A stretch of DNA of 64,000 bases from an uncultured delta proteobacterium (lineage in GTDB: Bacteria > Desulfobacterota > RBG-13-43-22). The first letter of the stretch is position 1. Every line of letters starts with the position of its first letter. Both the position numbers and the translations under genes were made by a program. A model generated the notes under the pieces. It had not been told where the DNA came from and did no database searches. It saw nothing but the letters and a program-made list of their open reading frames with translations. The stretch lies in NCBI GenBank assembly GCA_963711835.1, contig CAVQFQ010000021.1, positions 160,001 to 224,000 on the forward strand, in the 5' to 3' direction. Shown in pieces: positions 8,673-18,643 of the stretch.

Positions 8673-10094
8673 TTAGACCGGCCTTTCCCTGGGCAGGGTC
8701 AGTCTGATCAATACGCCACTCTTCTCCCCCAACATCATTTGGATCTGGCCGCGATGGGCCTCAATGATATTCCGGACAATCGGCAAGCCCAGTCCGCTGC
8801 CCTTTTCTTTCGTGGTATAGAAAGGATCAAAGGCCCGGTTCAGTGCTTCCGGGGACAATCCTGGACCGGTGTCACTGATCTCCACCTGCACCTGCCTCGG
8901 TTCATAGCGGACCTTAATCCCGATGGTCCCCCCCTCCGGCAGGGCCTGAAGGGCATTGATAAAAATATTTAAAAAAGCCCGGTAGAGAAGATCCTGGTCG
9001 GCTTCTACCGGTTGGGAATGGGCTTCTGAAAAATCCTTTTCAACACCGATCCCCTGCCGTTCCAATTCAGGGCCCAGGAAATTTAAATTTTTTTCCAGGA
9101 TGATTTCGATCCGAATCGGGGCATAACGGGGCACCTGAGGCCGGGCGAAATCCAGGAACTCGGTTACGATCCGGTTTAGACGATCGGCCTCTTCTCGGAT
9201 GACCGAGGCCAGTTGGTTCCCGGGATCGTGTTGGGCGACCTTTCTTTCGAGCAATTCGGCGGTACTGCGAATAATCCCCAGGGGGTTTTTTATTTCATGA
9301 GAGACCGAGGCAATCATTTCTCCCAGGCTGGCCAAGCGTTCCGCCTGATGCAGTTTGGCGACCAGACGTTTTTCGCCTTCGGCCCGCTTGGCCATTATCA
9401 CCTCACCCCGTTTTACAATAAAGAGCAGTATGAGGTACAATAAAGCCATGAGGCCGATGGAAATCAGGACCATCAGATATTGGTCCCGGATAATCTCCTC
9501 GTAATCATCGGAAATATTCTGGGTGATTTCAAAAACCCCCAAGATCTGGCCGGTGGGCTTATAGGCCGGACTCTCCACCCGGAAAGAAATGGTGGTGATC
9601 AGCTTTCGGACGGGCGTCTCTCCCCAGGTCGGGATGCGGAAAGACACATCCTCCGAAAGCAAACGGGAAGTATGCCGGCCCTGGGCGGCCTTTTTAAAGT
9701 CGGTCCCCCCCAGATTTTTTTTCCCCACCAGGGAGCGCTCCGTACTGTAGGCCAGGACATTGGATAAGTCATAGATATTGACCTTCTCAATCTTAAAGCT
9801 GTGAATGGTATTCCGGACGATCAGGTCCAGAACTTTGAATTGCTCGGGGTCCCGGAGCTGCACCTTTCCAATCCGCACCGTGACGGGCAGGACGAAATTG
9901 AAAAAAACCTGATGGTTAAGATTTTCCGCCAGCAAAAGAGCGAAGGATTCCGTCTTCTTTAATAAAGCCTCCTTGGAGCGCTGGGTGATGATAAAGGTCA
10001 GGGAGACGGCAAAAAGCATCATCACGATGAAACTACTCAAGAAAAAATACTTGACCAGTTTAAAGGGCTTGACGTTTTCCGGTAACATTTCCAT
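8673..10094 (-). CDS. Membrane sensor histidine kinase
   Basis: 2 TM segments, SHEIKNPL H-box, DTGPG, FYTTKEKGSGLGL. Confidence 0.95.
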   Translation of the reverse strand: MEMLPENVKPFKLVKYFFLSSFIVMMLFAVSLTFIITQRSKEALLKKTESFALLLAENLNHQVFFNFVLPVTVRIGKVQLRDPEQFKVLDLIVRNTIHSFKIEKVNIYDLSNVLAYSTERSLVGKKNLGGTDFKKAAQGRHTSRLLSEDVSFRIPTWGETPVRKLITTISFRVESPAYKPTGQILGVFEITQNISDDYEEIIRDQYLMVLISIGLMALLYLILLFIVKRGEVIMAKRAEGEKRLVAKLHQAERLASLGEMIASVSHEIKNPLGIIRSTAELLERKVAQHDPGNQLASVIREEADRLNRIVTEFLDFARPQVPRYAPIRIEIILEKNLNFLGPELERQGIGVEKDFSEAHSQPVEADQDLLYRAFLNIFINALQALPEGGTIGIKVRYEPRQVQVEISDTGPGLSPEALNRAFDPFYTTKEKGSGLGLPIVRNIIEAHRGQIQMMLGEKSGVLIRLTLPRERPV

Positions 10095-10103
10095 AGCGGT
10101 CGG

Positions 10104-11543
10104 CTAACTCAGATACTTCTTTCTGGATTTGGTGTACGGCCCCCACTCTTTGACTTTATCCTCGTAGCCCTTCCTCCCCAAATAGGCATAGGCCAGATTC
10201 TTGCCTTCTTCAACCCCGGGCTGATCCAAAGGATTGATCCCTAGCAGATGACCGCAGAGGGTGGTTTCCAATTCCCAGAGCATCATCAGTTGTCCAACCG
10301 TAAAGGGATTCACTTTGGGCAGCATCAAGGTCAGGCTGGGGCGCCCGCCTTTCACCAGGGTCAAACGGGTCGCCAGCATTTCAGCTTGAATCAATTCATT
10401 GAGGCTGTGGCCCCCCAGATAGGAAAGGGCTTCCAGCTTGGGATAGAGCTTGGGCAGGGATAGCAGGTTGACATAATGCTTTACCCCCACAAAGGTAAAA
10501 ACCTTGTCCCCGGGTCCTTCATGATACAACTGGAGCTGGGAATGTTGATCGGTGGCCCCCAGGGCCACCAGCGGAGTTTGTCCGGTCCAGACTTCTTTTC
10601 CTTTGGTATTCAACTTTTTTCCCAGGCTCTCGGCCCAAAGCTGACAAAACCAATCTCCTACACCTTTCAGGGCATCGGCATAGGGCATGACCACCCGGAT
10701 ATTTTTTTTCTTCTGTTTATAGACCAGGGTGGCCAGGGCAGCACAGAGATAGGCCGGGTTCTCCCAGATCGAATCGGTCCGGCAGCGTTTTTCCATCTCC
10801 CGGGCCCCGGCCAGCAATTCTTCCAGATCGATATCCCCCATGGCAGCGGGCAGCAGCCCCACGGCCGAAAAAACCGAATAACGTCCGCCCAGTAAGGGGT
10901 GGATCTCGAAACTCTGGATCTGTTCCTCCCCGGCGATCTTTCTCAGCACCCCTTGTTCCGGATCGGTGGTGATGACCAAGTGTTCCTTTTCTTTCCGGTT
11001 TCCAAGACGTTTCTTAAGCAAATCCCGGATGATCAAGAACTGGCTCATCGTTTCCGCTGTGCCCCCGGATTTACTAATGACATTAAAAAGGGTCTTTCTA
11101 ATATCCAGCAGGTCCAGCAAGGCCTTAAAGCCGTCCGGATCGATATTGTCGGCCACAAATACCCGGGGGAAACCCTTCCGCATGGTCTTGGATAATAAAT
11201 TATAATGGGGGTGGTTGAGGGCCGTCTGCAGGGCCTTGGCCCCGAGGGCCGACCCGCCGATCCCCAGAACGACAAAATTTTCAATCCAGTTTTTATTTCC
11301 TTGAACGAAACTTTTGATCCGGGGCGCTAAGGAGGAATCATAAGGAAGGGTTAAGAAAGGAAGTTGCCCCTGATCTTTTTTCTCCTGAATCTCTTGCCGG
11401 ATGGCCTGGAGGGCGGGAATCAAATGTTCAATTTCCTCCTCGGCAATCCCCTCTTTTTCCCCTAATAAAGGGCTCATCATAAAATTGACATCCAGGGCCA
11501 ATCTCATCTCTTGAACCCAATTTGGATCCATCCAGCGTTTCAT
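10104..11543 (-). CDS. pgi: Glucose-6-phosphate isomerase
   Basis: GIGGSALG, SKSGGTAET, GGRYSV, QLWAESLGK, DQPGVEEGK. Confidence 0.95.
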   Translation of the reverse strand: MKRWMDPNWVQEMRLALDVNFMMSPLLGEKEGIAEEEIEHLIPALQAIRQEIQEKKDQGQLPFLTLPYDSSLAPRIKSFVQGNKNWIENFVVLGIGGSALGAKALQTALNHPHYNLLSKTMRKGFPRVFVADNIDPDGFKALLDLLDIRKTLFNVISKSGGTAETMSQFLIIRDLLKKRLGNRKEKEHLVITTDPEQGVLRKIAGEEQIQSFEIHPLLGGRYSVFSAVGLLPAAMGDIDLEELLAGAREMEKRCRTDSIWENPAYLCAALATLVYKQKKKNIRVVMPYADALKGVGDWFCQLWAESLGKKLNTKGKEVWTGQTPLVALGATDQHSQLQLYHEGPGDKVFTFVGVKHYVNLLSLPKLYPKLEALSYLGGHSLNELIQAEMLATRLTLVKGGRPSLTLMLPKVNPFTVGQLMMLWELETTLCGHLLGINPLDQPGVEEGKNLAYAYLGRKGYEDKVKEWGPYTKSRKKYLS

Positions 11544-11612
11544 TTAGTTAAGCTCCCTTCCGTGTGGGCTTGTTGCCTTATCGGTTAAAAATCCGTCCCC
11601 TTTTCTACCATA

Positions 11613-12944
11613 TTACTCTTTTTTAATCGAATTCAATTTCCTCCGCCAGGCTTCCAAGCGTTCCTTGACCAATTTTTCATAGCCCCGATCGGTGGGCTGG
11701 TAATATCTTCGGCCCGTCAACTCATCGGGCAGATTTTTTTGAGCGACCAGGGCCTCCGGATAATCATGGGCATAGCGGTATCCCTTTCCGTACCCCAACC
11801 CCTTCATTAGAGCAGTCGGGGCATTGCGCAGATGGAGCGGGACCGGCAGGCTCTGGGTTTTCTCAATCTCCTTTTGAACCCCCCCATAGGCCCGGTATAG
11901 GGCATTGCTCTTGGGGGCCGTGGCCAGATAAATCACCGCCTGGACTAGGGCCAATTCCCCTTCCGGGGATCCCAAGAAATGATAGGCCTCCTTGGCGGCC
12001 ACGGTTAAAGACAGGGCCTGAGGATCAGCCAGGCCTACATCTTCCATAGCGAACCGAATCAATCGTCGGGCAAGGTAAAGAGGATCTTCTCCGGCTGCCA
12101 GCATCCGGGCCAGCCAATAGAGGGCGGCGTCGGGGTCGCTGCCGCGAAGACTTTTATGCAGGGCCGAGATCAGGTTGTAATGTTCTTCCCCGGCCTTGTC
12201 GTAGACCAAGGCCTTTCGCTGGAGGGCTTCCTCAACCAGGGGCAAGCTGATCCCATATTCTCCTGTTTTATCCGGTTGGGTCAAGGCCAGGGATTGCTCC
12301 AGGGTATTGAGGGCCATCCGGGCATCCCCATCGGCCATGTGGGTTAGAAAATCCATGGCCTCCGGGGTCAACCGAACCGGCCGTTGTCCCAGCCCTCTCA
12401 CCGGGTCGCGGAGGGCCTGGAGCAAAATTTTCTCAATATCGTCAGCCTGGAGGCGGTTCAGGACCAACACCTTGCATCGGGACAGCAGAGGGGCAATGAT
12501 CTCAAAGGAAGGATTCTCGGTCGTAGCACCGATGAGGATAAGACGCCCCTTTTCCACGTGAGGCAGAAAAGCATCCTGCTGGGCCTTGTTGAAACGATGA
12601 ATTTCGTCCACAAAAAGGATCGTGGCTTGCCCGTGCTGCAACCGCTCTTCCGCCTCCCTGACCACCTCCCGAATTTCTTTTACCCCGGAAAGAACCGCGG
12701 AGAATTGGATAAAATGGGCCTTGACATAGCGGGCGATCAACAGGGCCAGGCTGGTCTTCCCCGAACCCGGAGGACCCCAAAAAAGAAGCGAAAAGATCTT
12801 CCCTGTATCCAGCATCCGCTTCAAAAATTTACCCGGTCCCAGCAAATGCCCCTGGCCGAAAAATTCCTCCAGGGCTTGAGGCCGCATCCGCTCCGCCAGA
12901 GGGATGTTTTCCGGAATCCTGTTGCTGAACATATCAAGGGTCAT
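11613..12944 (-). CDS. rarA: Replication-associated recombination protein A (RarA/MgsA)
   Basis: [48 protein letters not shown]. Confidence 0.95.
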   Translation of the reverse strand: MTLDMFSNRIPENIPLAERMRPQALEEFFGQGHLLGPGKFLKRMLDTGKIFSLLFWGPPGSGKTSLALLIARYVKAHFIQFSAVLSGVKEIREVVREAEERLQHGQATILFVDEIHRFNKAQQDAFLPHVEKGRLILIGATTENPSFEIIAPLLSRCKVLVLNRLQADDIEKILLQALRDPVRGLGQRPVRLTPEAMDFLTHMADGDARMALNTLEQSLALTQPDKTGEYGISLPLVEEALQRKALVYDKAGEEHYNLISALHKSLRGSDPDAALYWLARMLAAGEDPLYLARRLIRFAMEDVGLADPQALSLTVAAKEAYHFLGSPEGELALVQAVIYLATAPKSNALYRAYGGVQKEIEKTQSLPVPLHLRNAPTALMKGLGYGKGYRYAHDYPEALVAQKNLPDELTGRRYYQPTDRGYEKLVKERLEAWRRKLNSIKKE

Positions 12945-12957
12945 CTTATTTAACTCC

Positions 12958-13154
12958 GATACCGGATGCTGGATACTGGATAAATTCAATTATAATCATC
13001 CTGCTGAACTTCACCAATTGGCCATCAAACGATCACGATCCGGGATGCAGGCGAGTCACGGTGCGGGAGAGAAAAACGACCTGGAAGCGAGCTTAAAGTC
13101 ATGTAACTCAAGCTGTTCTGTCGTTCCTGTATCCTGAATCCAGAATCCAGTATC
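12958..13154. repeat. Inverted pair of heptamer tandem arrays
   Basis: GATACCG/GATGCTG/GATACTG at 12958-12978 and TCCTGTA/TCCTGAA/TCCAGAA/TCCAGTA at 13125-13152. Confidence 0.7.
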
Positions 13155-13185
13155 GTCTTTCGTTTTTATCGAGTATCCTAATGCT

Positions 13186-13899
13186 TTAATTCTCCCCCAG
13201 ATAGGCCTGGCGGACCCGTTCATCCTGAAGCAACTCCTGGCCCGGCCCTTCCAGGGTCAGCCTCCCGGTCTCCAGGACATAACCGTAATCCGCCGCTTCC
13301 AAGGCCGCCCAGGCGTTTTGTTCGATCAGCAGGAGGGTGGTTCCTTTTTGATGAATTTTTTTGATGATCCGGAAGACCTCTTCCACCAGTTGGGGGGCCA
13401 GCCCCAGGGAGGGCTCATCCATCATCAGGAGCTCCGGGGCGGCCATCAAGGCCCGGCTGAGAGCCAGCATCTGTTGTTCCCCTCCGGATAAGGTGCCGGC
13501 CTTTTGCTTCAAACGGTCCTTCAGCCGGGGGAAAACGGAAAAAATCCATTCCAGATCTCTCCGGAAATTCCTGTCGCTGGGACGAGTATAGCCTCCTATC
13601 TTGAGATTTTCATCTACCGTCAAATTGGCAAAGACCCTTCGACCTTCAGGCACCAGACTGATTCCTTTCCGGGCAATTACATGGGCCGGTCTATTGGAAA
13701 TGTCGGCTCCTTTAAAATAAACCTTCCCCTCCTGGCTGCGGACCAGACCGGCCACCGTCCTTAAGAGGGAGCTTTTCCCGGCGCCGTTGGCCCCGATCAG
13801 GGTTACGACCTTCCCCTCCGGCACCCGTAAAGAAATGTCTTTCAAGGCCGGGATCCCCTGATAAGCAACCTGTAGGGCCTTAACGTCCAGCATCGGCAT
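13186..13899 (-). CDS. livF: Branched-chain amino acid ABC transporter ATPase
   Basis: GANGAGKS, VPEGRRVF, LSGGEQQML, DEPSLGLAP. Confidence 0.92.
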   Translation of the reverse strand: MPMLDVKALQVAYQGIPALKDISLRVPEGKVVTLIGANGAGKSSLLRTVAGLVRSQEGKVYFKGADISNRPAHVIARKGISLVPEGRRVFANLTVDENLKIGGYTRPSDRNFRRDLEWIFSVFPRLKDRLKQKAGTLSGGEQQMLALSRALMAAPELLMMDEPSLGLAPQLVEEVFRIIKKIHQKGTTLLLIEQNAWAALEAADYGYVLETGRLTLEGPGQELLQDERVRQAYLGEN

Positions 13900-14653
13900 T
13901 TTTCCTTCCCAGATAAGCCTCAATGACCTTGGGATGATGCCGGATCTCCTGGGGAGTGCCCTCGGCAATGGAGGCCCCGTAGTCCAGAACCTTTATGGCC
14001 CGGCAGAGTCCCATGATGACCTTCATGTCATGCTCAATGATCAGGATGGTCAATCGGAAATCGGCTTGGATTTTCCGGATCAGTTCCATCAACTCCTCAG
14101 TCTCCCTGGGATTCATCCCGGCGGCCGGTTCATCCAGCAGGAGCAGTTCAGGCTGGGTGGCCAGGGCCCGGGCTATCTCCAGTTTCCTTTGCTGGCCAAA
14201 GGACAGGGACCGGATAACGCTCCGATCCAGACCCTCCAGACCCAGAGCGGACAGCAAATCCCGAGCCGATTCCCTGAGAGCGCGCTCTTCCCGAAGGGTG
14301 CCGGGGCTATGAAACACAGCCCCCCAAAAGGAAAAAGACCTTCGGCCATGAAAAGCAACTAATAGATTTTCCAAAACGGATAATTCCGGAAAAAGGCGCA
14401 GCGTTTGGAAGGTCCGGGCAATGCCTTTCCGAGTAACGGCATGAGCAGGAAAACCGGTAATCTCCTCCCCCTTAAAAAGGACTTGGCCTGCCTGAGGGAT
14501 CAGGCCGCCGGTGATGACATTAAAAACCGTGGTCTTCCCGGCCCCATTGGGCCCGATCAGGCCCAGAATGGATCCCCGGGACACCCGCCAGGAAAAGTCA
14601 TTCAAGGCCATTAAGCCGTCGAAACTCAGGCTGACCTGGGAAAGTTCAATCAT
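13880..14653 (-). CDS. livG: Branched-chain amino acid ABC transporter ATPase
   Basis: GPNGAGKTT, GIARTFQ, DEPAAGMNP, IEHDM, VIEAYLG. Confidence 0.92.
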   Translation of the reverse strand: MIELSQVSLSFDGLMALNDFSWRVSRGSILGLIGPNGAGKTTVFNVITGGLIPQAGQVLFKGEEITGFPAHAVTRKGIARTFQTLRLFPELSVLENLLVAFHGRRSFSFWGAVFHSPGTLREERALRESARDLLSALGLEGLDRSVIRSLSFGQQRKLEIARALATQPELLLLDEPAAGMNPRETEELMELIRKIQADFRLTILIIEHDMKVIMGLCRAIKVLDYGASIAEGTPQEIRHHPKVIEAYLGRKNADAGR

Positions 14654-15677
14654 GATTCTTTCCAAACAGTCCGGCCCAGGAAAACTCTTTGCGACCCATG
14701 AGGCCTTCACGGGCAAAGATCATCACCAGGATCAGGATGAGCGAGAAGAGGACCATCCGCATCCCAGGAATGCCCGGCCAGGTCAGCCGGCCCCATTGCA
14801 TAGGTTCTTCCACCACCCGAAGCCATTCTCCGGCCCAGGTAAAAAGAGCGGCTGAAACGACCGACCCGGTGATACTGCCCAATCCCCCGACTACGATAAT
14901 GATGAGCAGGTTGAAGGTCAGGAAAAAAGAAAAAAGGCCGGGAGATATGGTGGTGATCAGGTGGGCCAGTAGACCCCCGGCCAGACCTGCAAAGAAGGCG
15001 CTCACAGTAAAAGCGAGCATTTTATGCCAAAAGGTATTGATGCCCAGGGCTTCGGCGGCCCCTTCATCCTGCCGAATGGTTTTAAAGGCCCGTCCATAGC
15101 TGCTCTTAACCAGTCGCTGGATAAAAAAAACCGTGGCCACGGCCACGCCCCAGGACCACCAAAGGTTGGTATGGGGCTCCAGGCCCTTGAGGCCCAAAGG
15201 TCCGTTGGTGATGGATTGCAGGTTATTGGCCGTCACCCGAACCACTTCCCCAAAGCCCAGAGTCACAATGGCCAGGTAATCCCCCCGAACCCGGAAGACC
15301 GGGAAGCCTATCAGAAACCCGAATAAAGCCGTAACCAGACCGGCCAGGGGCAACGAAATTAAAAAAGGCAGGCTGATCTGGCTCAGCGGCCATTTAAGCG
15401 GTTCGATAATGAAAGTGAGCTCCTTCTCGGCCGGGCTCAGGGTCAGGAGAGCCGAGGTATAGGCCCCGACAGCCACGAAGGCATTGGGGGCCAGGGAAAA
15501 TTGGCCCGTGACGCCGGTGATCAGATTATAGCTTACGGCCAAGGTAATGAAGATGGCGATGAGATTCAAGATCCGGATCTGATAGTCGGAGGCCTCCCTC
15601 TGGCACAGATAAAGGAATAGGAAAAGAACCAGGCAGCCCAGATAGGAAAGCCATTTACCGCTGAAGGCTGAATTCAA
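14646..15677 (-). CDS. livM: Branched-chain amino acid ABC transporter permease
   Basis: RGDYLAIVTLGFGEV, GGLGSITG. Confidence 0.92.
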   Translation of the reverse strand: MNSAFSGKWLSYLGCLVLFLFLYLCQREASDYQIRILNLIAIFITLAVSYNLITGVTGQFSLAPNAFVAVGAYTSALLTLSPAEKELTFIIEPLKWPLSQISLPFLISLPLAGLVTALFGFLIGFPVFRVRGDYLAIVTLGFGEVVRVTANNLQSITNGPLGLKGLEPHTNLWWSWGVAVATVFFIQRLVKSSYGRAFKTIRQDEGAAEALGINTFWHKMLAFTVSAFFAGLAGGLLAHLITTISPGLFSFFLTFNLLIIIVVGGLGSITGSVVSAALFTWAGEWLRVVEEPMQWGRLTWPGIPGMRMVLFSLILILVMIFAREGLMGRKEFSWAGLFGKNHD

Positions 15678-15687
15678 GATCTCCTCC

Positions 15688-16569
15688 TCATTCCGGTAAT
15701 TTTTCTCCCAGAATTCCGGTAGGCCGCACCAGGAGAAGAATAATCAGTAAGGCAAAGGCCAGGGCATCCCGATACCCTGCCAGGGAAGGCAATAAAGCCA
15801 CCAGAAGGATTTCCATCAGTCCCAGGATGAGCCCCCCGATGACGGCTCCGACCACGTTCCCGATCCCTCCCAGGACCGCTGCCACAAAGGCCTTTAATCC
15901 GGGCATGATCCCCATCAGGGGATTGATTTGAGGATATTTCATGGCCCAAAGAATACCGCCGGCGGCCGCCAGGGCCGACCCCAGAGCAAAGGTTAAACTG
16001 ATGATCCGGTTCAGGGGAACCCCCATCAATTGAACGGTTTCCGCGTCCCGGGAGATGGCCCTCATGGCCAGGCCGACTTTAGTCCGGTAAAGGATAAGAA
16101 AGACGGCCAGCAGAAGCCCCAAGGTCAGTAAAAAAGTCCAGGGACTCAGGCTGAGGATGCGAAGGTCACCCCAGGTATAGACCTGGCTTAAGGCCGGGGG
16201 ACGGTAAAAGGCCTTCGGCCGGCCCCCCCAGAGGACCAGGCCCAGGTTTTCCAGAAAAAAGGAGACCCCGATGGCGGTAATCAGCGCAGAAATACGAGGG
16301 GCCTGCCTCACCGGCAGATAAGCCCCCCGGTCAATGGCTACCCCTAACAGGGCCGTTAATATAAGGGCCAGCAGGCCTGAAAGCCACCAGGGGAGCATAA
16401 AGTGGATCACCCCGAAGTAAGCGAAATAGGTACCCACCATCAGGACATCGCCGTGGGCAAAATTAATCATCCTCAGGATGCCGTAAACCATGGTGTAGCC
16501 GACGGCGATCAGACCGTACAAACAGCCCAGGTTCAAGCCGTTGATCAGTTGTTGGAGGACGAGGGTCAC
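15688..16569 (-). CDS. livH: Branched-chain amino acid ABC transporter permease
   Basis: QQLINGL..YGLIAVGYTMVYGILRMINFAHG; GTG start overlaps the upstream stop. Confidence 0.92.
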   Translation of the reverse strand: MTLVLQQLINGLNLGCLYGLIAVGYTMVYGILRMINFAHGDVLMVGTYFAYFGVIHFMLPWWLSGLLALILTALLGVAIDRGAYLPVRQAPRISALITAIGVSFFLENLGLVLWGGRPKAFYRPPALSQVYTWGDLRILSLSPWTFLLTLGLLLAVFLILYRTKVGLAMRAISRDAETVQLMGVPLNRIISLTFALGSALAAAGGILWAMKYPQINPLMGIMPGLKAFVAAVLGGIGNVVGAVIGGLILGLMEILLVALLPSLAGYRDALAFALLIILLLVRPTGILGEKLPE

Positions 16570-17399
16570 TTGCCTTTTCCGGAAAAGGACCACATCAGTT
16601 CGCCGCCCAGGACGAAGAGCAGGCAGGAATAATAGATCCACAAGATAAAAACGACCAGCAGGCCCAATGACCCGTAAATCGCAGTAAACCCGTTGATAAA
16701 ATCCACGTAAAGCCGAAAAAGATATTTGGCCATCTCCCATAGGCCGGCAATGAGCAGGGCCGACATGAAGGCCGCCCGGCTGGCTGGTTTTTTGCTGGGC
16801 AAAAAACGAAACAGGATAAAAAACATCAATACCGAAAAAAAATAAGCGACCAGGATTCCGGCCGTCCAGCCCCACCACTTCAGGTCCAATAAGGGGGGAA
16901 GCCCCAGCTTGGCCGGGATGGTCCTGATCAGGCCGAAAATACCGCTTAAGACAATGGACAAGAGAAATAAAATCCCGGTGATCACCACATAGAGCAGATC
17001 ATGGAATTTATCCCGAAGATATCCATGTTGGGAGGTGATCTCCAGGGTCTTGTTCAGGACGGATCGAATAGAACCGAAAAGGCGCATGGCCGTCCAGATT
17101 AAGCCTATAAAACCTACCAGCCCGACGATCTGGCGGTCCTTGACCAGGTTCATGATATTGGCCGTCAGCCTGGGTGAAGACTGGGGAAGAATCCGGACCA
17201 GATAGGTTCGGACATAATCCAAAATCTCCCGGGAGGAATGGAGGAAAAACCCCAGTACGGACAGGATGACCAAAATCAACGGGATAAAACAGATCAGGAA
17301 GTCAAAGGCCAGACCGGAAGCCAAAAAAAAGACGTCATCCTGATCCAGTTTTCGGATCAATCCCCTCGATTTCAAGGACCTACCTTTTATTGATCTCAT
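16566..17399 (-). CDS. YihY/BrkB family membrane protein
   Basis: ASGLAF..FIPL, IYGSLG..FILWIYYS..GGE. Confidence 0.9.
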   Translation of the reverse strand: MRSIKGRSLKSRGLIRKLDQDDVFFLASGLAFDFLICFIPLILVILSVLGFFLHSSREILDYVRTYLVRILPQSSPRLTANIMNLVKDRQIVGLVGFIGLIWTAMRLFGSIRSVLNKTLEITSQHGYLRDKFHDLLYVVITGILFLLSIVLSGIFGLIRTIPAKLGLPPLLDLKWWGWTAGILVAYFFSVLMFFILFRFLPSKKPASRAAFMSALLIAGLWEMAKYLFRLYVDFINGFTAIYGSLGLLVVFILWIYYSCLLFVLGGELMWSFSGKGK

Positions 17400-17752
17400 G
17401 GAGCTTCTTTTTTACCCACGGCTTCGATTTTATCCTGGGCCTTTTCCAGGCGGAGGGCGGAATCTTCGGTCTTTTCGGAGGCCTTCTCTACCCGCTTCAG
17501 GGCCTCTTCAGTCCTTTTTTGCGTTTCCAGGAGCCTTTTTTCCGCTTGTTCCAATTGCTGCAGGAGCTTTTCGAGCCGCAGAATTTCTTCTGCAGGAGAT
17601 GGGATGCGGGTATCGGCTTCCCGGGGTTCCGCCGAAGGCTCCCAAGAGGCCTCTCCGGGGAACTCGATGATTTGTTTGGGCGGCAAACACCCGCTTAGGC
17701 ATACCGAAAGCACAAGCCCGGCCCAAATAAAGGCGCTGATTCTTTTTTCCAT
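17396..17752 (-). CDS. Coiled-coil lipoprotein
   Basis: Lipobox LSGC and heptad-rich C-terminus. Confidence 0.7.
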   Translation of the reverse strand: MEKRISAFIWAGLVLSVCLSGCLPPKQIIEFPGEASWEPSAEPREADTRIPSPAEEILRLEKLLQQLEQAEKRLLETQKRTEEALKRVEKASEKTEDSALRLEKAQDKIEAVGKKEAP

Positions 17753-17806
17753 ACCGTATCTTTATCCTTGTTGAAATTCTCAAGAAATCATTTCCTACCA
17801 GCTCTC

Positions 17807-18496
17807 CTACCTCCAACTCCCTTCCCGGATCAGAGGAGGGAGATTTTCAAAATCCTTTAAAGGGCATTCTCCGCAACGGGGATTGGTTTTTTTGCAAAAC
17901 TCTTTTCCCAGGCGGACCAGCAGGGCATGGTATTCATTGTAGAGTTGCGGGTCTTCGGGCAACCGGTCCATAAAATACGCCCGAAGTTCTTCATAACCCA
18001 CCTCCTCCGTGATCCACTGATGACGCGAGAAAATCCGGTAGGTATACGTATCCACCACAAAGGTAGGCATCCCCAGGGCATAGAGCAGGATGCTGTCGGC
18101 GGTTTCAGGCCCGATGCCCTTGATCATCAGCAGTTGCTCCCGCAACAGGTCCAGGGGCTGCCGTCGCATGTCTTCAATCCGGCCCTGATAGACGGAGGCC
18201 AGAAAGGTAAAATAAGCCTTCAGACGTTTGGCCTTGACCCGGTAGTACCCGGCCGACCGAATCCACTCCGCCAGGGACCCCTCATCCACCTGATGAAGCA
18301 GGGAAACGGAAAGGGCTTTTTCTTTTTTTAACCGTTCCAGAGCCCGCTGCACATTAGCCCAGGCGGTGTTTTGGGTCAGGATGGCCCCGACCATGATTTC
18401 CAAAGGGCTGTCGCCGGGCCACCAGTGACTGGGACCCAACTGCTCTAATAAGCGATTGTAAATAGTCAAAGGCGGCGAGTTCTTTTTAGTCTTCAT
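17807..18496 (-). CDS. Endonuclease III / HhH-GPD family DNA glycosylase
   Basis: GAILTQNTAW, KGIGPETADSILLY, C-terminal CKKTNPRCGECPL Fe-S motif. Confidence 0.9.
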   Translation of the reverse strand: MKTKKNSPPLTIYNRLLEQLGPSHWWPGDSPLEIMVGAILTQNTAWANVQRALERLKKEKALSVSLLHQVDEGSLAEWIRSAGYYRVKAKRLKAYFTFLASVYQGRIEDMRRQPLDLLREQLLMIKGIGPETADSILLYALGMPTFVVDTYTYRIFSRHQWITEEVGYEELRAYFMDRLPEDPQLYNEYHALLVRLGKEFCKKTNPRCGECPLKDFENLPPLIREGSWR

Positions 18497-18585
18497 GAAA
18501 AAAAGTATAGCAAAGCCGTCCCCTTCGGACAAGAGCAAATAGCCCCCTCCTTCTTTCCGGTGCCGGATCCTCCGCTTTTCCCCTC

Positions 18586-18614
18586 TTGACGAACCCGTCA
18601 AAATAGCCTAAAGT
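18586..18614 (+). promoter_or_regulatory. sigma70 promoter of EF-G gene with palindrome over -35
   Basis: TTGACG-N17-TAAAGT; TTGACG-AACC-CGTCAA inverted repeat. Confidence 0.5.
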
Positions 18615-18643
18615 TCGGCTGTTTTTAGGAGAAACGGGAAGCC

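Noticed and set aside
15688-16878. N-terminal extension of the livH ORF (similar extensions on livG, livF, the endonuclease III gene, the HD gene and the Fe-S gene)
   Set aside because: Extensions overlap upstream genes or promoters; family-like sequence begins at downstream starts
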